Below are positions 46,121 through 60,499 of a DNA stretch of 64,000 nucleotides, piece by piece. How positions within the stretch are numbered: the stretch's first letter is position 1; each line of letters starts with the position of its first letter. Made by a program: the position numbers and the translations under genes. The DNA lies in assembly GCA_951406725.2 (NCBI GenBank), contig OX597816.1:112406001-112470000 (forward strand), in the 5' to 3' direction. The DNA is from Octopus vulgaris (Eukaryota). The notes below the pieces were generated by a model that worked only from the letters and a program-made list of their open reading frames with translations, ran no database searches and had not been told where the DNA came from.

Positions 46121-46903
46121 CAAAATGCCTTTAAGCATTTTGTCCGTCTTTACGTTCTGCGTTCAAATTCCGATTATGTCGACTTAACCTTTCGTCCTTT
46201 TGGAATCGATAAAATAAGTATTAGTTGAGCACTGAGGTCAGTGTAATCAACTACACCCTCCTAATATTCAAGTCTTGTGCCTATAATAGAAAGGATTATA
46301 GTAATAAAAAAAAGCAAGTCCAGCTAAATACTCATTGAACGCAAAGGGAGTTAATCAAGTACTTGTTCCAGACAACGTTTGCAAGCTTGGGCCATGTGAG
46401 ACATGGCTCATCGTCTGGCGGGACGCACTATTAAAAATTCATGGTAATTTTATGTTGGGCGTGCCATTCAGGAAGCCCTGCTGGCTGCTGTTTGCCCACG
46501 ATTGATTTTGAGAGTCAGATATACGTGGCCCTGAAATAGTAGTAATTGAAGTTAAGGAATTTCTCTGCTTCATGTTGTTGTCACAGGATGTACAAAACAC
46601 ATCAAAGTAAATATGTATATATATATATATATAACTGAAATATTAGCTGCAAGCAGTGTTTAGGCATAAGCAAAGTTTAGATTAGTTGAAATATGCTTGT
46701 GACATATTTCAACTGCTAAAACGCAAATTCACTGCAGTTTGCATATAGAAAATTTTCTTTTATGGTAAAATGGTGTAAAAATGCCATATCTATTCAGTGC
46801 TGCCATTTGCCAGGATTCCCAGATATTGATGTTTCTAGCTCATTAGCTGTTATCAATGGGACATACCTAAGAGAGACAACTCTGAACAGATTGTGTGTGT
46901 GTG

Positions 46904-46946
<43 letters not shown>

Positions 46947-49900
46947 ATCAGTATGTCTGAAAATAATATGCATGCTTCCTCCACTTTTTTTTCTTTTTGC
47001 AGCAAATCAATCACATAGAATGCATTTACATTCTTATTTCACTCACAGTGAGGCTTTTTAATTTTAAAATTTATGTTCTTCTGCTTTACATTGTATTGTG
47101 CATATAATAGATATGGTTTTATGACAAGCCACCAAGAATGCAAATATGCAAATTAAGTTATCCACAATGATGCTAGCCTAATTTGTCTGCTTTACTGACT
47201 GATGCTATTGATATGCAACCAACAAACTATGAAATAGTCTGTCAGGAGATTCTCTCTTTTTTCTACACAACAATAGCAGAGAACATCATAACGACCAAAT
47301 GATTGTCAGCATTTTCTTTATCAATACTTCTTACAACCCTTATTGGTTCAAGCCGTTAAGGAGTGCATTAAGTGTTAAAATTATCCTCGTAGTATGCTGT
47401 ATAAAGCATGCCCATAGTTATTGGCTATCTGATGTCAAGATTAGTAATGATGCATATGCTACTGGATTTACTGACACCAGTGAAATTAAAAAGTCACCCA
47501 AGGAGACACAATCTACACTGTTATGCAAGACATTGATTATGCAGCATCTCACCTGTGAGGTATAGTTACAAGATGAATCACAACAATTGTAGTGGATTTG
47601 AATAAAGAATATCATGAATTACATTTTCTATCTCTGATATATAAAATATTCATGCGCAGAATATTCATTAACAGAATATGTTTCTGTCTTGAGAAGAGAC
47701 CATTTAAGTTAGCCATCTGTTGCTGCAGAGGATCTGAGGAGGCTCATGAGCACGTGAATAATATAATTTTGTTATATTCCAGAAAGAGTGGGAGTCTGTT
47801 AATGTTCTTGATGTTGGTGACAATGCAGCACAAATGAGTGAAACAGCCACATTCATTGTAAGAACTATTGATTCAATAAGTGCTAATTCATATCCTAGAA
47901 AGTCACTCACAGTGAACGAATTAGCCAAACTTCTAACTTAGCTAATAAAAAGTTAACGTAATGCAGTTTTGAACCAAATATTTGGCAAGCTTGGATTTTC
48001 TGGGTTTTCTCCTTTTTTTTTTTTTGGGAGATAGCCTAAATATATACTTCTAAAATAAACTATGGAAAGTAAAGAACTAAATTATATTTAACAGATTCAG
48101 ATTCATACATGAAAGCAGAGTCTATTTGATATCAATTAATCCACTTAAAATTCTTAAAATATATCACATCCTGCACAGTGTATACAGTGTTATGTTTATA
48201 GGATGAAAACTAAACATAATAAAGTGAACTTGATTTTATTTAACAAATACGGGTACAAATTCTAAAGTAGTGCATTTAATCTTTATCAATCCATTCAAAA
48301 AAGCAAGAAAACATAACTATTTTTAACACATCCTATACAAATTAACCGACATCAAAAACAGGGCCTGCTTACTCAGTACAGGGAACAGCATATTGCATGA
48401 CATTGCACAGTATTCTTGCATTTCTGGAAATTGCAGATATCTAGAAGCCAAATAAGAGGGACTTATGCTATTGACGCTTTGGTTAACTAAATTAAAAGAA
48501 ATGCATGTGTGTGTGAGAGAGAGAGAGGCAGACAGAGAGAAAATCAATAAGCTAAGACTAGCAATAAGCTAGTCTGATAAAAGGTATTTAGAGAAATGTT
48601 TTTCTTGGGGAAAACAATGTCTGTATATAAAGTTAAGCAATGGGCATTGCAACTTGAAAATGGAGCAGCTTCATGTGTTGCATGTTTTATTTCTTAGCCA
48701 TCGTTCAATCTGCTAAACATAACAACCAAAACCTCTTTTAAATGGCATCTTTGCATTGGATAATGCTTGAAAAAATGTTAGAATGATCACAACTTAGAAT
48801 GACTTTGATCATAGCTCTGCTTAGTCAGGGCTGATTTGGTACTTAGTAATGTCCTCTTTCTCTCTTGTATATCTTATAGAACTCCGAGTAGATTTTAACC
48901 ATTTACTACTATGCTGGCAAATTATACTAGAGAACTTCATAATGTGGGATTAGCTGTTTGTTGATTCATTTCCAGCGGGTTGTTGTTCAGCCCCCAAGTC
49001 AGTTCTGATTGAGCAGATATATGATCCAAGACATTGAGGTTGCAATCCTATTATATTCTCAGAATGTATGCACCCAACACTATATTATCTAGCGTCTATA
49101 TAGAGAGTCCTTCAAATGCATTTATATAGGGTGGTGATAAGCCCTTAGTGTAGAGTAAAGACTATTGTGTGTCAGCTGTAGTATGGATTCCAAGTTTCAA
49201 CAAATTTACTTAAGTAAGCTTATTACTTCTTCCACTTTCTTTAACCCAGCATATTTGTAGCATCTTCCTTTTGTTTCTCAATGGAAATCTAATAAACATT
49301 GCATGCAACTAATTAATTTTACTCACAAAAAGTATATGATAATATTCTATATTTAAACATATTTAAGATAGTATTTAAAACACCTAATTAGAACTAATTA
49401 TGCAGTGAGTAAAAAAAAAAAAAGTTAGTAATCATTAATATTGTTTTGATTATTTTGGCAAGTATGCCAAGTAACTCATTGTATATTTCAGTATTATTAG
49501 ACCTCCTCAGTGAAATATATATTTTACTGTAATTGACAAGAAAACTACCAAAATATAACATCCGTTGTAGAGAAGCAAATGTTCAGAGAATAAATTACTC
49601 TTAGGCACTTAAATTGTAAATTTTAGATGAGTTTTTGTAAAGTAATTTTACATCATTAGCCAACAGTTTGCTATCTCTAGAGAATAAATAAGCACTAACA
49701 GGTTTCTTGCTGTTGCTACACAGTCTAATCATGACCAACAATCATTGTTAATTAAAAGAAAATGAAAAAAATGAGTTTCAGTTTTGTTTCATTATTCCTA
49801 GTAAATTTGTAAATGAATCTATGTAACCACTTCAAAAAATTAAGTATCGAGACCTTGTGCATGTGGAGGTGGAATCTAATTTATTTTGATGCTAAATTGT

Positions 49901-49967
49901 AGCGAATGATTCTAATCAAAGCAGAAAGAATCTGACTGAGTTGAATTTTTGGGAATATTTTTTATTA

Positions 49968-50400
49968 CTTCATCAATTAACATTTGTTTTCCCTTGCTGG
50001 CATGGATTGTGTGGTTTGACAGGAGCTGGTGAGCTAGAGCTGTACCAAGCTACATTGTCTGTTTTGATATGGTTTCTATGGCTGGATGCCCTTTTTAATG
50101 TCAGTCACTTTACAGAGTGTATTGGGTGCTTTTTACATGGTAATCACCAAGTACCTTGCAGACAAAGACCCCAGACTGGGAGGGGGAATAGCATTGAGAG
50201 AAGTGGCTTTGTGCCAGTTGAAAGGGTAAAGTATAATAGATAAAATGGGTGTCTTGCTATAGAGGAGGTACTTGGCTATTCTAGTTTAAAAAAAGAGAAA
50301 TAAAGTTAATGAGAAAGATAGGCAGAGAGAGAAAAAGAATGATGGAGATGTGCTGGGACATATCTATGAGGTACAATGGGGATGAGTAAAAGTTGTACAG
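49968..50400 (-). mobile_element. Decayed RTE-related 3' fragment
   Basis: GCTGGCATGG...GGATGCCCTTTTTAATGTCAGTCACTTTACAGAGTGTATTGGGTGCTTTTTACATGG, homologous to 38388-38806. Confidence 0.7.
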
Positions 50401-50655
50401 AGGATTAGGAGGTAATAATAATTTTAAGTGTTGTTAAACCCAAATTTTTATTTATATCTAATTAGTAATTTTGAATGTTTAATAAGCCATCAATTTCTGA
50501 AAAGAATCATTTGGTTTTATATAGTCCCTTTTATGACAAAAGAAAAAAAAGAAATTTCTTTGTTTCCCAGTTCTGGATTTAGTTACATATAATCTCCAAA
50601 AGAATGAAGTAATGCATGGGGTAAAGATATAAATTGGACATTTTACATTAACTTG

Positions 50656-50700
50656 TTCGGTACCCCATGACTTGCATTCGGTACCCCATGACATGCATTC
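50656..50700. repeat. 21-bp tandem duplication
   Basis: TTCGGTACCCCATGAC(T/A)TGCA twice. Confidence 0.85.
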
Positions 50701-51121
50701 ATATATTGTTGCATTGATTTTTATTGCATTCATATTGATAAAATTACTACTGATAGTAGAGTCAAGGAGTTGTCTCTTAACCAGAAAAGAAAACCATTGA
50801 ACTGAGGCTTGCTTATTGTGTTATATATATTTTAGTTTTTATTCTATTGAATAATTCACTATTTGAAGCTGCCATTATGATAAAGTTGTGCAATAAACTT
50901 TCATAAATTTTTGCATGCAGTTCCATTATGAAACAACAGAATCCACCTTTTGATAAGAATGGAAAGGTAGCTGGTAAAATGGGATGTATCCTTGGGTAAA
51001 GCAACTGAGTTGTAAATGCTGAGACATTTTCAAAATTGAAAACTTATATATAGAACTATATATATGTAATGTAAAGTGTTGGATAGTCTTTTTCTGTTCC
51101 ATGTATCCATTTTATATATAT

Positions 51122-52003
51122 ATATCATCATCATCATTTAACGTCCATTGTCCAGGCTAGCACGGGTTGAACAGTTTGACCAGGGCTGGCAAGATGGAAG
51201 GCTGCGCCAAACTCCAGTCTGATCTGGCATGGTTTCTATGGTTGGATGACCTTTCTAATGCCAACCACTCTGAGAGTGTAACAGGTACTTTTATGTGCCA
51301 CTGACATGGGTGCCATTTGCATGCCACTGGTATCTGCCACAACTGTGATTTTACTTGACTTGATGGGTCTTCTTCTCAAGCACTATATAATGCCAAAGGT
51401 CTCAGTCATTGCTTCCAAGTGGCCCAACACTTGAAAGGAACTCAGCTACTTTGCCTCTGTGAGGCCCAAGGCAGAAAGATGCAGTTAGAAGAGGAGTTGT
51501 AGTTCGGTTTCTAAGGGTAGAGTGGGTGAAAAGTGTGTTGTTACATGTGGGTAGGACGCAACTCTTCTAGCACTCAGTTTCATGAACAGTTCTTCTCTAG
51601 AACTTCATATCGCCAAACACCTTGCTCCATTGTCATTTCCTCTGTGAGCCCCAACATCTCTCCTGCATACCACATTTAATCCCTCTTATGCATAACTATT
51701 CTCTCAACACAATTGTGCTTTGTTTGTCGTGCACACTGTTGTTGTGAGTCCAACAGAGCATACTGTCATTCCTCTCTACACGTCTTCTGCAGTCAGAGCC
51801 CATGTCTCACCACTATGTAACATACCCGTTCTCATACAGGCATCATACAATCTACCTTTCACTCTCAGAGAGAGAGTTCTTTTGCTGCCAATAAATGTAG
51901 TAATTCCCTGAATTTCCTCCATCCTATTCTAGAAACAATACTTTCAGAGCATCCATCACTGTTACTAATTTGGTAGCCTAAATAGCAGAAACTGTCTACT
52001 ACC
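51122..52003 (-). mobile_element. 5'-truncated, decayed RTE-clade LINE
   Basis: Minus strand VVDSFCYLGYQIS...SRIGWRKFRELLHLLAAKELSLRVKGRLYDACMRTGMLHSGETWALTAED, then 3' UTR and (ATG)n tail. Confidence 0.88.
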
Positions 52004-52050
52004 CCAAATGAGCCTCCTGGGCATTTGATATATAGATAGATACATATGTA

Positions 52051-52081
<31 letters not shown>

Positions 52082-52437
52082 GTGTATGTATGTATATAAA
52101 TACAGATGCATATATATGTATATATTGGATGATAAAACGAATGGTTTTCACCTGGTAGCTTACTAGTAAAGCACGGTTAATTTCACAGTGATTGTTATAC
52201 ATATGTGTGTGTGTGTGTATAGATAGATAGTTAAAAGATATTTTAATAATTATAGAATTAAAGCTTTGGATATTGAGTAAAATAAGATTCACAAATATGA
52301 TGTTTTATTGTATATAAAATTCCACCTGATTTTCCTAACATTTTTGCCTAAAAAATATTAACCATTCATCATTGAGAATTGTACAAGTATAATTGGGTAA
52401 AATTAAAGCAATTATTACCAGTTGTTTACAACTTTAA

Positions 52438-52641
52438 CCCTTTATAGCATTCAGATTGCTCTGTCAAATGTAATGCATATTTATTCACGTTGTTTAGAAT
52501 TAACCATGCATTATCTCATAGCTTTGAGATTTCGATGATCTGATTGTTTGTTTTTTTGAATGATGTTGTAGAGTAAGTGTGAGAGGCTAGATCTGGCCAG
52601 CTTTATTATATGACAATATTTGAACAAGATATGTTAAAGAG
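52438..52641. mobile_element. Decayed piggyBac-like MITE
   Basis: TTAA|CCCTTTA ... TAAAGAG|TTAG termini. Confidence 0.5.
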
Positions 52642-55600
52642 TTAGAATACCAACTACATCATTCCACTTTCTAAACTTCTTATATCAGTCATTATGTTGT
52701 ATATTTGTTCAAGGTAGATACATTTGTTTTCTTTTAATTTAGCTCAGTTGTAAAAACAGCTTCCACTCCTATTTCATAGATGAGTGGTTAGTTGGCATTC
52801 AACTACAAAACAATAGCTTCATTCAGAAAAAATATTAAATGACACCAAAACAAAGCATTCTACTCATGGGAATGCAGAAATGGAGGACAAGGATTCAATA
52901 ACATCCCTGACTTGTCATAATGTATTGGACTGCTTCCTTAACTGTGTTTAAATATTTTTTTTCTATTTCAATTTTATAATGCATTCCCTAAATCAATTTA
53001 AAAATTTTTTCAAAATTTGAAATCTTCAAAAACTCATTATCTTTTAGGCTGTGGCAATCCTACTCTTTTTTATCACGATCTACAGACAAGGCTTGCTCTC
53101 CCTTTCTCCTCTCTTCTCTCTCATCCTCCCCTTCCCCCTCCTCTTTCCCCTCTCTACTTTTTTTCCCCTCTTGCCCCTCTCTTATTTCTGGTGTCATCTA
53201 TTTTAATTCCTCTGGGGGACTTTTGTCAGACATTTTATGTTCCGAAAATAACTAGCCAATTAAAGTGTGTTGGTGGCCCACCCTGAATTTGCTGAAGTTT
53301 GCCTCATTTGCATTCCCGTTCTAAACTTAATTTCACCCACATTATCACTCTTTACTCTCTATCTTTGTCATGTGTACATTTTACTGGAAAATTTATCTGC
53401 TTTGTCTATATATAACCTTTATTCAAACATTATCCTCCTCTACACTAGCTTTTTCTAAAAAAGTCATTTTGTTAGTCTTTTATCCTCCTCTCCATATATT
53501 TTTACTTTCTATCTCCCTCTATTTGTTTTTCTAGCAACTATCTCACAATGCCTGCACTTCTGTTAGCCTTTCAGACACCTGCACTCAACTATCAAACACT
53601 CCAGCTAAAGAGCAATATATGGCTTGTACAACTTCCCTAAAGATAACCCATCTTGGTAGCTCTTGCTGCCACACACTTCAAACAAGTATTTTTTATCTCT
53701 TACTTGTTTCAGCTGGGGCAGAATTGATGAATTGTTAGTCAAATGAATCAATCCCAGTACTTTTTTTTAAAGTCTGGTATTTATTCTATCAGTCTCTTTT
53801 GTTGAACCACTAAGTTACAAGAATGTAAACACACCAACACCAGTTGCCAAGCAGTGATGGGGGACAAAAGGACACACACACACATGCACATGATTGGGCT
53901 TCTACCAAATCCAGTCACAAGACTTTGGTAGTACAAGAACAGAGGGGAATTTGGACCTTTACTGGAACTTCTCTAGTGCTGGTACAAGAATAAAACACTA
54001 AAATATTTTTTTTTTATTTTGGGAGCTGATGGTAGTCATAATTACCTTAATGAGAACATCACAAATACTACCTCACAGACTTGTTTCTTCTATCTGAGAC
54101 TTTGACTGCTACTGCAACTTCTGCCTCTCTGAACAAGCAATTTGCAGCAGCCACCACCTTCACTCTCATTTCCTTTGCTTCATCTCTATCTTTACATTAT
54201 CCACAATCCTTATTAAACAAATTTTCTCAGCCATTCCTTTCAAGAGTAGCAGCAAATACCTGGCATTTGTTTTTTGCCCATGTTCTTTCAGCAGATATTG
54301 ATCCACAGGTGTTCAGCCACTTCTGTCTAGTGATTAATGATTTGTAAAGGACATGGGTGCTGTACTTACTCCTCTGATCAACTAATAATGACAAATTTCT
54401 AAAAATTTTACATCGACTTCAAAACAGGGGTTTCTTTGAAGAAACCAAAACCCTTGGTGGCTTTTAAGCTAGCTCCTGTGGAGGGCTCTTCATTGGGCCT
54501 TGGGCCTAACAGTGACACTTCATGCATTGAGTACATATTAAATTCTATTAAACTTGACCAGTATTCTTCAAGCAATGAACAATTTTCATTAAAACAAAGA
54601 TATAATCTGTCAACTTGGAACTTAGTGCAAAGCTACATGATAAACAACATTTTTTGTCTTCCCATTTGGGGGTCAGTGCAATTTTTTTTCTATCTAGCCT
54701 CTTTTTTCTCCCCCTCTCTCTCTCTCTCTCTCTCTTTCTGTTGATTGTTTTCAACAATCACCAGTACCACCACCATTGCCACCACAACTGCCATACACAC
54801 ATCATTCAGACTTCTGATGCCACCACCATCAATACCTTTGACTTCACTGCCTTCCCCTCCACCACCATCACCACTGTCGTTCACATTGCTTACTGTCACC
54901 ATCATCTCTGACCACCTTGGCTACCACCACCAGCATCACCATTGCCTCCGCTTCTATCAGTTTCAGCTCATACTATTACTATCACCCTCTTACCATCACA
55001 ACCATCAATCTACTACCGCCCCCACCGTCTCTATGCCTACTATTACTCTCACTCCAACATGAGGAATAGTAGAAGTGTCACTGAATAGTGAGAGAGGGGG
55101 TCAAAGTGTGACACTGACACACAGAAATTCATTTTGGCATTTATTATTATAGATGATGATGAGGAAAATGGCATGTTTTTGTGATCCAGTTTTTCATAAA
55201 AGTTTAGTGTAAGTAAAGTGAAATGGTTTCCATCAACAATAGAAGCAGACTGTAGTCTCTGTTCTGTTGAACATTACTTTATGGTATTTGTACTTAATAA
55301 ACAATTATTGCTTCTTATTAGGAAGATCTGAAACCTCTTTGTTTAACATGGGTTTATATCTGATATTTTAATGCTGTGTATCGTATCAAGCCTGCAGGAC
55401 TGAATGCAAAAGCCAATATGTTCTGGCAAGAATTTTGTCAGAAAATAGGGAGGCAACTATTTAAGACAGTTTAATCTGCTGTTTTACTATCTCGATAGTC
55501 CTCATTACAAACATACATACTTGCATGCATGTCAGTCAAAAGGATTCAGAAAGCCTTAAGTTTTTAAACTAAAGTGTTAAAATGTACAAAAATGTGTGAA

Positions 55601-55876
55601 AATATATTAAACTCTGGTGACTTTCTGAGATAAGGAGTTGGATGTGTGAATGTGTGTAGTTTGATTTGTAAAATCATGACTATTGGGATCTGTTTAAACT
55701 TGTTTATTTTTTTTCACTAACGTTTTATGATTTTACTTTCTGTTTATGAATGTAGAAAATTAAATCAATAAGTGTGTGTGTGTTAAATTCAATTCATATT
55801 TGATTTTTCTTGAATAATTACAGAAAATGAAATTTCTTCAGCTGTGACAGCCTATGATTTTTATGTATATAAATCA

Positions 55877-56247
55877 TCTTGTTTCAGTTATTAGACTGTG
55901 GCCATGCTGGGTTACCACCTTGAAGAATTTTAGTAAAACAAATTGACCCTAGTATTTATTTATTTTTTTAAACTTGGTACTTTATGAGTTTCTTTTGCTG
56001 AATCTCTACATTACAGGGATATAGGCACACCAACACCAATCATTAAGCAGTGGTGGGGAACAAAACACAAAGACATATATATGCATATATATGATGAGTT
56101 TCTTTCAGTTTCTGTCTACCAAATCTAATCACTAAGCTTTGGCTGGCCCTAGTAGATGATACTTGCCCAAGGTGCCACACAGTAGGACTGAACCTGGAAC
56201 CATGTAGTTGGGAAGCAAACTTCTTATCACACAGCCACACCTGCACC
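55877..56247 (-). mobile_element. SINE family D
   Basis: CTTGTTTCAGT...GGCCATGCTGG...ACTTGCCCAAGGTGCCACACAGT.GGACTGAACCTGGAACC...CACAGCCACACCTGCACC; further copies at ~53697-53930, 60920-61195 and 62210-62380. Confidence 0.8.
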
Positions 56248-57029
56248 TGTGTGTGTGTGTGTAGTTAACCATTGATTTAACAAATTAATGGGAGGGAATA
56301 TCTGTCTGTAAGTGTTGGAAGCCTGTTAAATTGAAGTTAAGCAGGGTGTGTGTTCATTCAGAAAGTCCGTTAGATTACAGGCAACCTAGGGGGTCATAGT
56401 GTATTGTTTTAATGTAAAAAAGCTTGAAATATAAACTCATGCACAATATAAGATTGATAAATTATAATAAAGAATATGTGATTTTATTTACCTTTTATAA
56501 CATTGATGTGTACTACCATAATGGTAGTACACTAATCTTCTCAGTGTCTGGGAGTGAAGGGGAATCTATCACATGCAAATTTATCTGAAATGTGCACAAA
56601 ATGTGAGCTCTTGTGTTCTCTGCCCACATGTATGTCGCTATCAGGTACTGGCTGTTGGAGGTGAAAGATAAGTGGGAATTGAGGAATTAGCTTAACCTTT
56701 TCTCACTAAATACACTGTCTTTATTTCAATTAATTCTGACAAGAATTTAGTAAAAAAGAATTTATTTATTATTAAACTGGTGTCTGGAATATAAATTAAC
56801 ATGGAATTAACATGAAATGTTTAAGGAAAACATCTTCAGTTCTTTACTATTCCAATATTGTTTCTTAATTTTGACTGTTCTGAATTGGTGGAAATACACA
56901 AAATAAGGGACAGCCCTTGGCATTTCGCACTTTCGCTTGTTACTACAATAACATTGATGTGATGTTTATCTAAGTTGATTACATATTCTGTTTGTACTTC
57001 ACTATTGAAGACTAGTAGAATAAAGCGCA

Positions 57030-57298
57030 GACCGGGCTGTGAATCGTCTTCTTGAGCAAGACACTTTATTTCATGTTGCTCCAGTTTACTCAGCTGTTGA
57101 AATGAGTTGCAACGTTACTGGTGCCAAGCTACATAGGCCTTTGCCTTTCCCTTGGATAATGTCAGTGGTATGGAGAGGGGAGACTGGTATGCATAAGGAA
57201 CTGCTTGTCTTCCATAAACAACCTTGCCCGCATTTGTTCCTCAGAGGAGAACTTTCTAGGTGCAAATCCTTGGTAATTCATGACTGAAGGGGGTCTTT
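57030..57298 (+). mobile_element. 5'-truncated SINE family B
   Basis: Aligns by eye to 8807-9069 (CTTGAGCAAGACACTTTATTTCA..TTGCTCCAGTT.ACTCAGCTG...GAAGGGGGTCT). Confidence 0.85.
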
Positions 57299-59456
57299 AT
57301 GTTTTGCAGAATAAAGAATTTTTTTTCTTGAAAATCAGGTGAATATAGGTGATAGGAAGAGTCATCTAATTTTGAAATGCTGCATTCAAATAGGTGTCCA
57401 TTTAATACAAAAGAAAAAAAAAAAAATTGACATAAAATGAACAAATGAGCAAACAGACAAACTCAAACTTTGTGGTGGTTAGTGGGAATTACATAAATGT
57501 TTATACAGTTTCATACTAACATTTTGTTTCTGGTGATGAATAAATCAACAACACTATTGTAATTATCACAAGTATATTTTCTCAGCGTTGTTGCTGTGAA
57601 GGATACTGGAGGAAAACAATTTAGAAGTTGAAGATATAAAAAATAATGAGATAAAATTTGAAAGAAAAAAAAAAACCCCACTGAAAATGAAATAATGGAA
57701 TCACTTTCTTTGTTTAGTGCAATATCATTACTGAAATGCATAGTTTGTTGAAGATTTACTTAGGGAGATGTTTTCTCTATTCTGTTGGCTTGTAAACAAG
57801 AATTGTCTATTGTTTTACTTGTAAAAGTGAAAAAGACCCATGGAGTAACTTGTAAACTGTGATAGCTACAATTTTATTACTTGGAGCATTTTACAGCACA
57901 AATTAGCACAACTCAATGCAACAAACTCCACATAGATGTAATTTCTATTGGTAGCCAACAACCATTTATGAACCAATAGATTTCTTTGCTAGATTTATTC
58001 CATTGCTGTTTGCAGGAGTTTTTCTTTTTTTTTTTTTTAGCCCATTTATGGAGAAGCAACAATATTCCTATTCAGTTTTTGGAATAATTACATATAAACA
58101 TATTTTTTTTTGTTTCTTTACCATTTTTCTTTTTTATATATTTGTGGTGGCTGTGAGAACTAGTTTCTCTCTCTCTCTCTCTCTTTAATATCTGTTTTGT
58201 GTCATACACACACAGACATGCACGTGTGTGTGTGTATATGTAGGTGTGTATGTATGTGTATTTGTATTTATATATTTATATAATATATATACATACTCAC
58301 CTACAGATGTGTGTATATGTAGGTGTGTGAACATGTGCATGTATATATATATATATGTTTGTATTTGATACATGTGTTTACTCTGAAAAATTATATACTG
58401 CTGCTCTCCAGGCATGTAAATAATTGGTATCATCACCCTCAGCTGACTGAGGAACAATGAACAGCTACAGAATATGTGTGAATATTTTTTTGTTCATCCT
58501 TAGGCTCAGTATTCCTCCCCACTACCCAAACTCTATTCTTACAATGCAGATGAGTTTAGCTTTTTCTTAGGTTAGTAATAATCTAGTTTTATCTATGAAA
58601 ACCAAATGAAATTGCCAGTATTTTTCTGCGACTAATGTTCTTCTTGTATTGACTTATGCTTGCAGACTCTGATACATACATAGTCTTTAATGAAATCTGT
58701 TTGATTCCATTTACTTGTTGGACTGTTTTTGTGCATTATGTTGTTAATGTGAATTAGAGTCAAGTTAAAATGGCCTAGTGAGGTCATTTACAAGCAGATT
58801 TGATTCCTGTATATATTTCATGTACATCAGTGGAAATCTTGAGGAGTACCATACAAACTTCTGTGTAAAATGAATATGTTCTTGCTTATTTGGGCATTCT
58901 TTGGCTATTCTTGGAATATTATAAATTGAATTGAGGCATGGCTATGTGGTTAAGGAGTTCGTATTGCAACCATGTAGTTCTATGTTTGATCTGGTGTGCG
59001 TTACCTTAGGCAAGTATTTCCTATCATAACCTTGGGTTGACAGATACTTTGTAAGTGGAATTCAGTTGACTGGAACAGTGAGGAAGCTCATCATGTATGT
59101 CTTTAGCTAATGTAAAAGAAAATGGCGCTGTTTGAACAAAGTCGCTTGTAATATTTGTTCTGCAATGAATTATGTGCACTCCCTTGTCACTCTTTCCAGT
59201 AGGAATACAATGAATCAGTATTTGTAATTGACGATGCTATCAATTATCAATTGTGGTCTAAAATAAATAAATGAAATTGCATTTTTGCTAACATAACCTA
59301 GGACATGGGCTTGTAGTGACCTGAATTTGAATCTTTTGGTTTGATACTCTTTTTGTAGCTATTCTGATGCCTTGATATTGTTTTATATGTTAAAGAAGAG
59401 TTGTAAGAATAGGTACACTGCAGATTCAAAACTGTAACGTCTCTATTTATATTTAA

Positions 59457-59664
59457 TCCTCTTTCCAACCTGCTTGAGACTGTTCTAGATTTTATGACAT
59501 AAATTTACTGTCTTAAAATTCTAATCTTCCTTCAAAATTTTATGCTAATTTGTTCCATATCCCAGCTTAATAATGTGAAAGTCATTTTACTAAATACTTC
59601 ATTATTTTTAAAATTAATTGAAGCAAAGGCAGCATATATTGACAGAAATATGGTAATAAAAGAG
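59457..59664 (-). mobile_element. piggyBac-like MITE
   Basis: Flanked by TTAA at 59453-59456 and 59665-59668; inverted homolog of 3268-3498. Confidence 0.6.
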
Positions 59665-60289
59665 TTAAGAGGTAAAGAGGAAAAATACTTTACTCAAGAA
59701 TTCTATAATAAATTCTGTATTTTTTATCTCTTATAGAAATGACGTTTTCCTTTATAGTTCTTGCTCACTTTAATGAATATCATATTAATTACCCAACTTC
59801 TGAAGTTAACAGGCTTTATCAAACCCTGATGAATATTTTGAAAATATAAAAGTTTGAGCAGTTGGTCTCTTTCTTGCATTTTTGCGTGGGATATAACATT
59901 AAGTAAACATATTTTCATACAATAGTTTCAAGTCAAAAAACAAAAGCAACAAAAAAGAAAAGACAAAAAAAAAAAATATACAGAGCTTTGAATCAAAAGG
60001 TGAAAAATCATTATTCTATTCAATGAACATGAGTAGTAAGAAAAATAGAATGTACAAAATACCTTCATCTCTCTTTGTAAACTTTTCTTTGCAATCACGA
60101 ATTTATGATGGTTGCGACTACGATATATGTTTACTATTTGAACAAACCAATTAAAATGAATAAGAATTAAAAAGAAAAATCATATTTCTTTAGAGCTATG
60201 CATTTAAAATTTACTCTGAGTTTTGAATGAAATATTTTTCCTCTAGCCTTTTGTGATCTCAATGTAGACTCAGTATTTTGAATATGGAG

Positions 60290-60323
<34 letters not shown>

Positions 60324-60332
60324 AACTACTAC
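60290..60332. repeat. (CTA)n microsatellite
   Basis: Direct inspection. Confidence 0.95.
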
Positions 60333-60499
60333 ATCCTGTGGTTCATTGTATAAAACAATAATAGTTATGAAATCCTCAATTAACCTAGAAGCATTTAATA
60401 AATAAAGTATAAGGTGGCAACGCAATTTGTATCCTCAGCTGAAGCTACCTTAATCTACACTCCTAATGTATTTGAGATAGGTATTGAATTTGCCTAATC

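Noticed and set aside
54745-55155. His/Thr-rich ORFs and a possible minus-strand Helitron 5' end near 55153
   Set aside because: (CAC/CAT) low-complexity sequence; the matching 3' CTAG/hairpin end could not be located.
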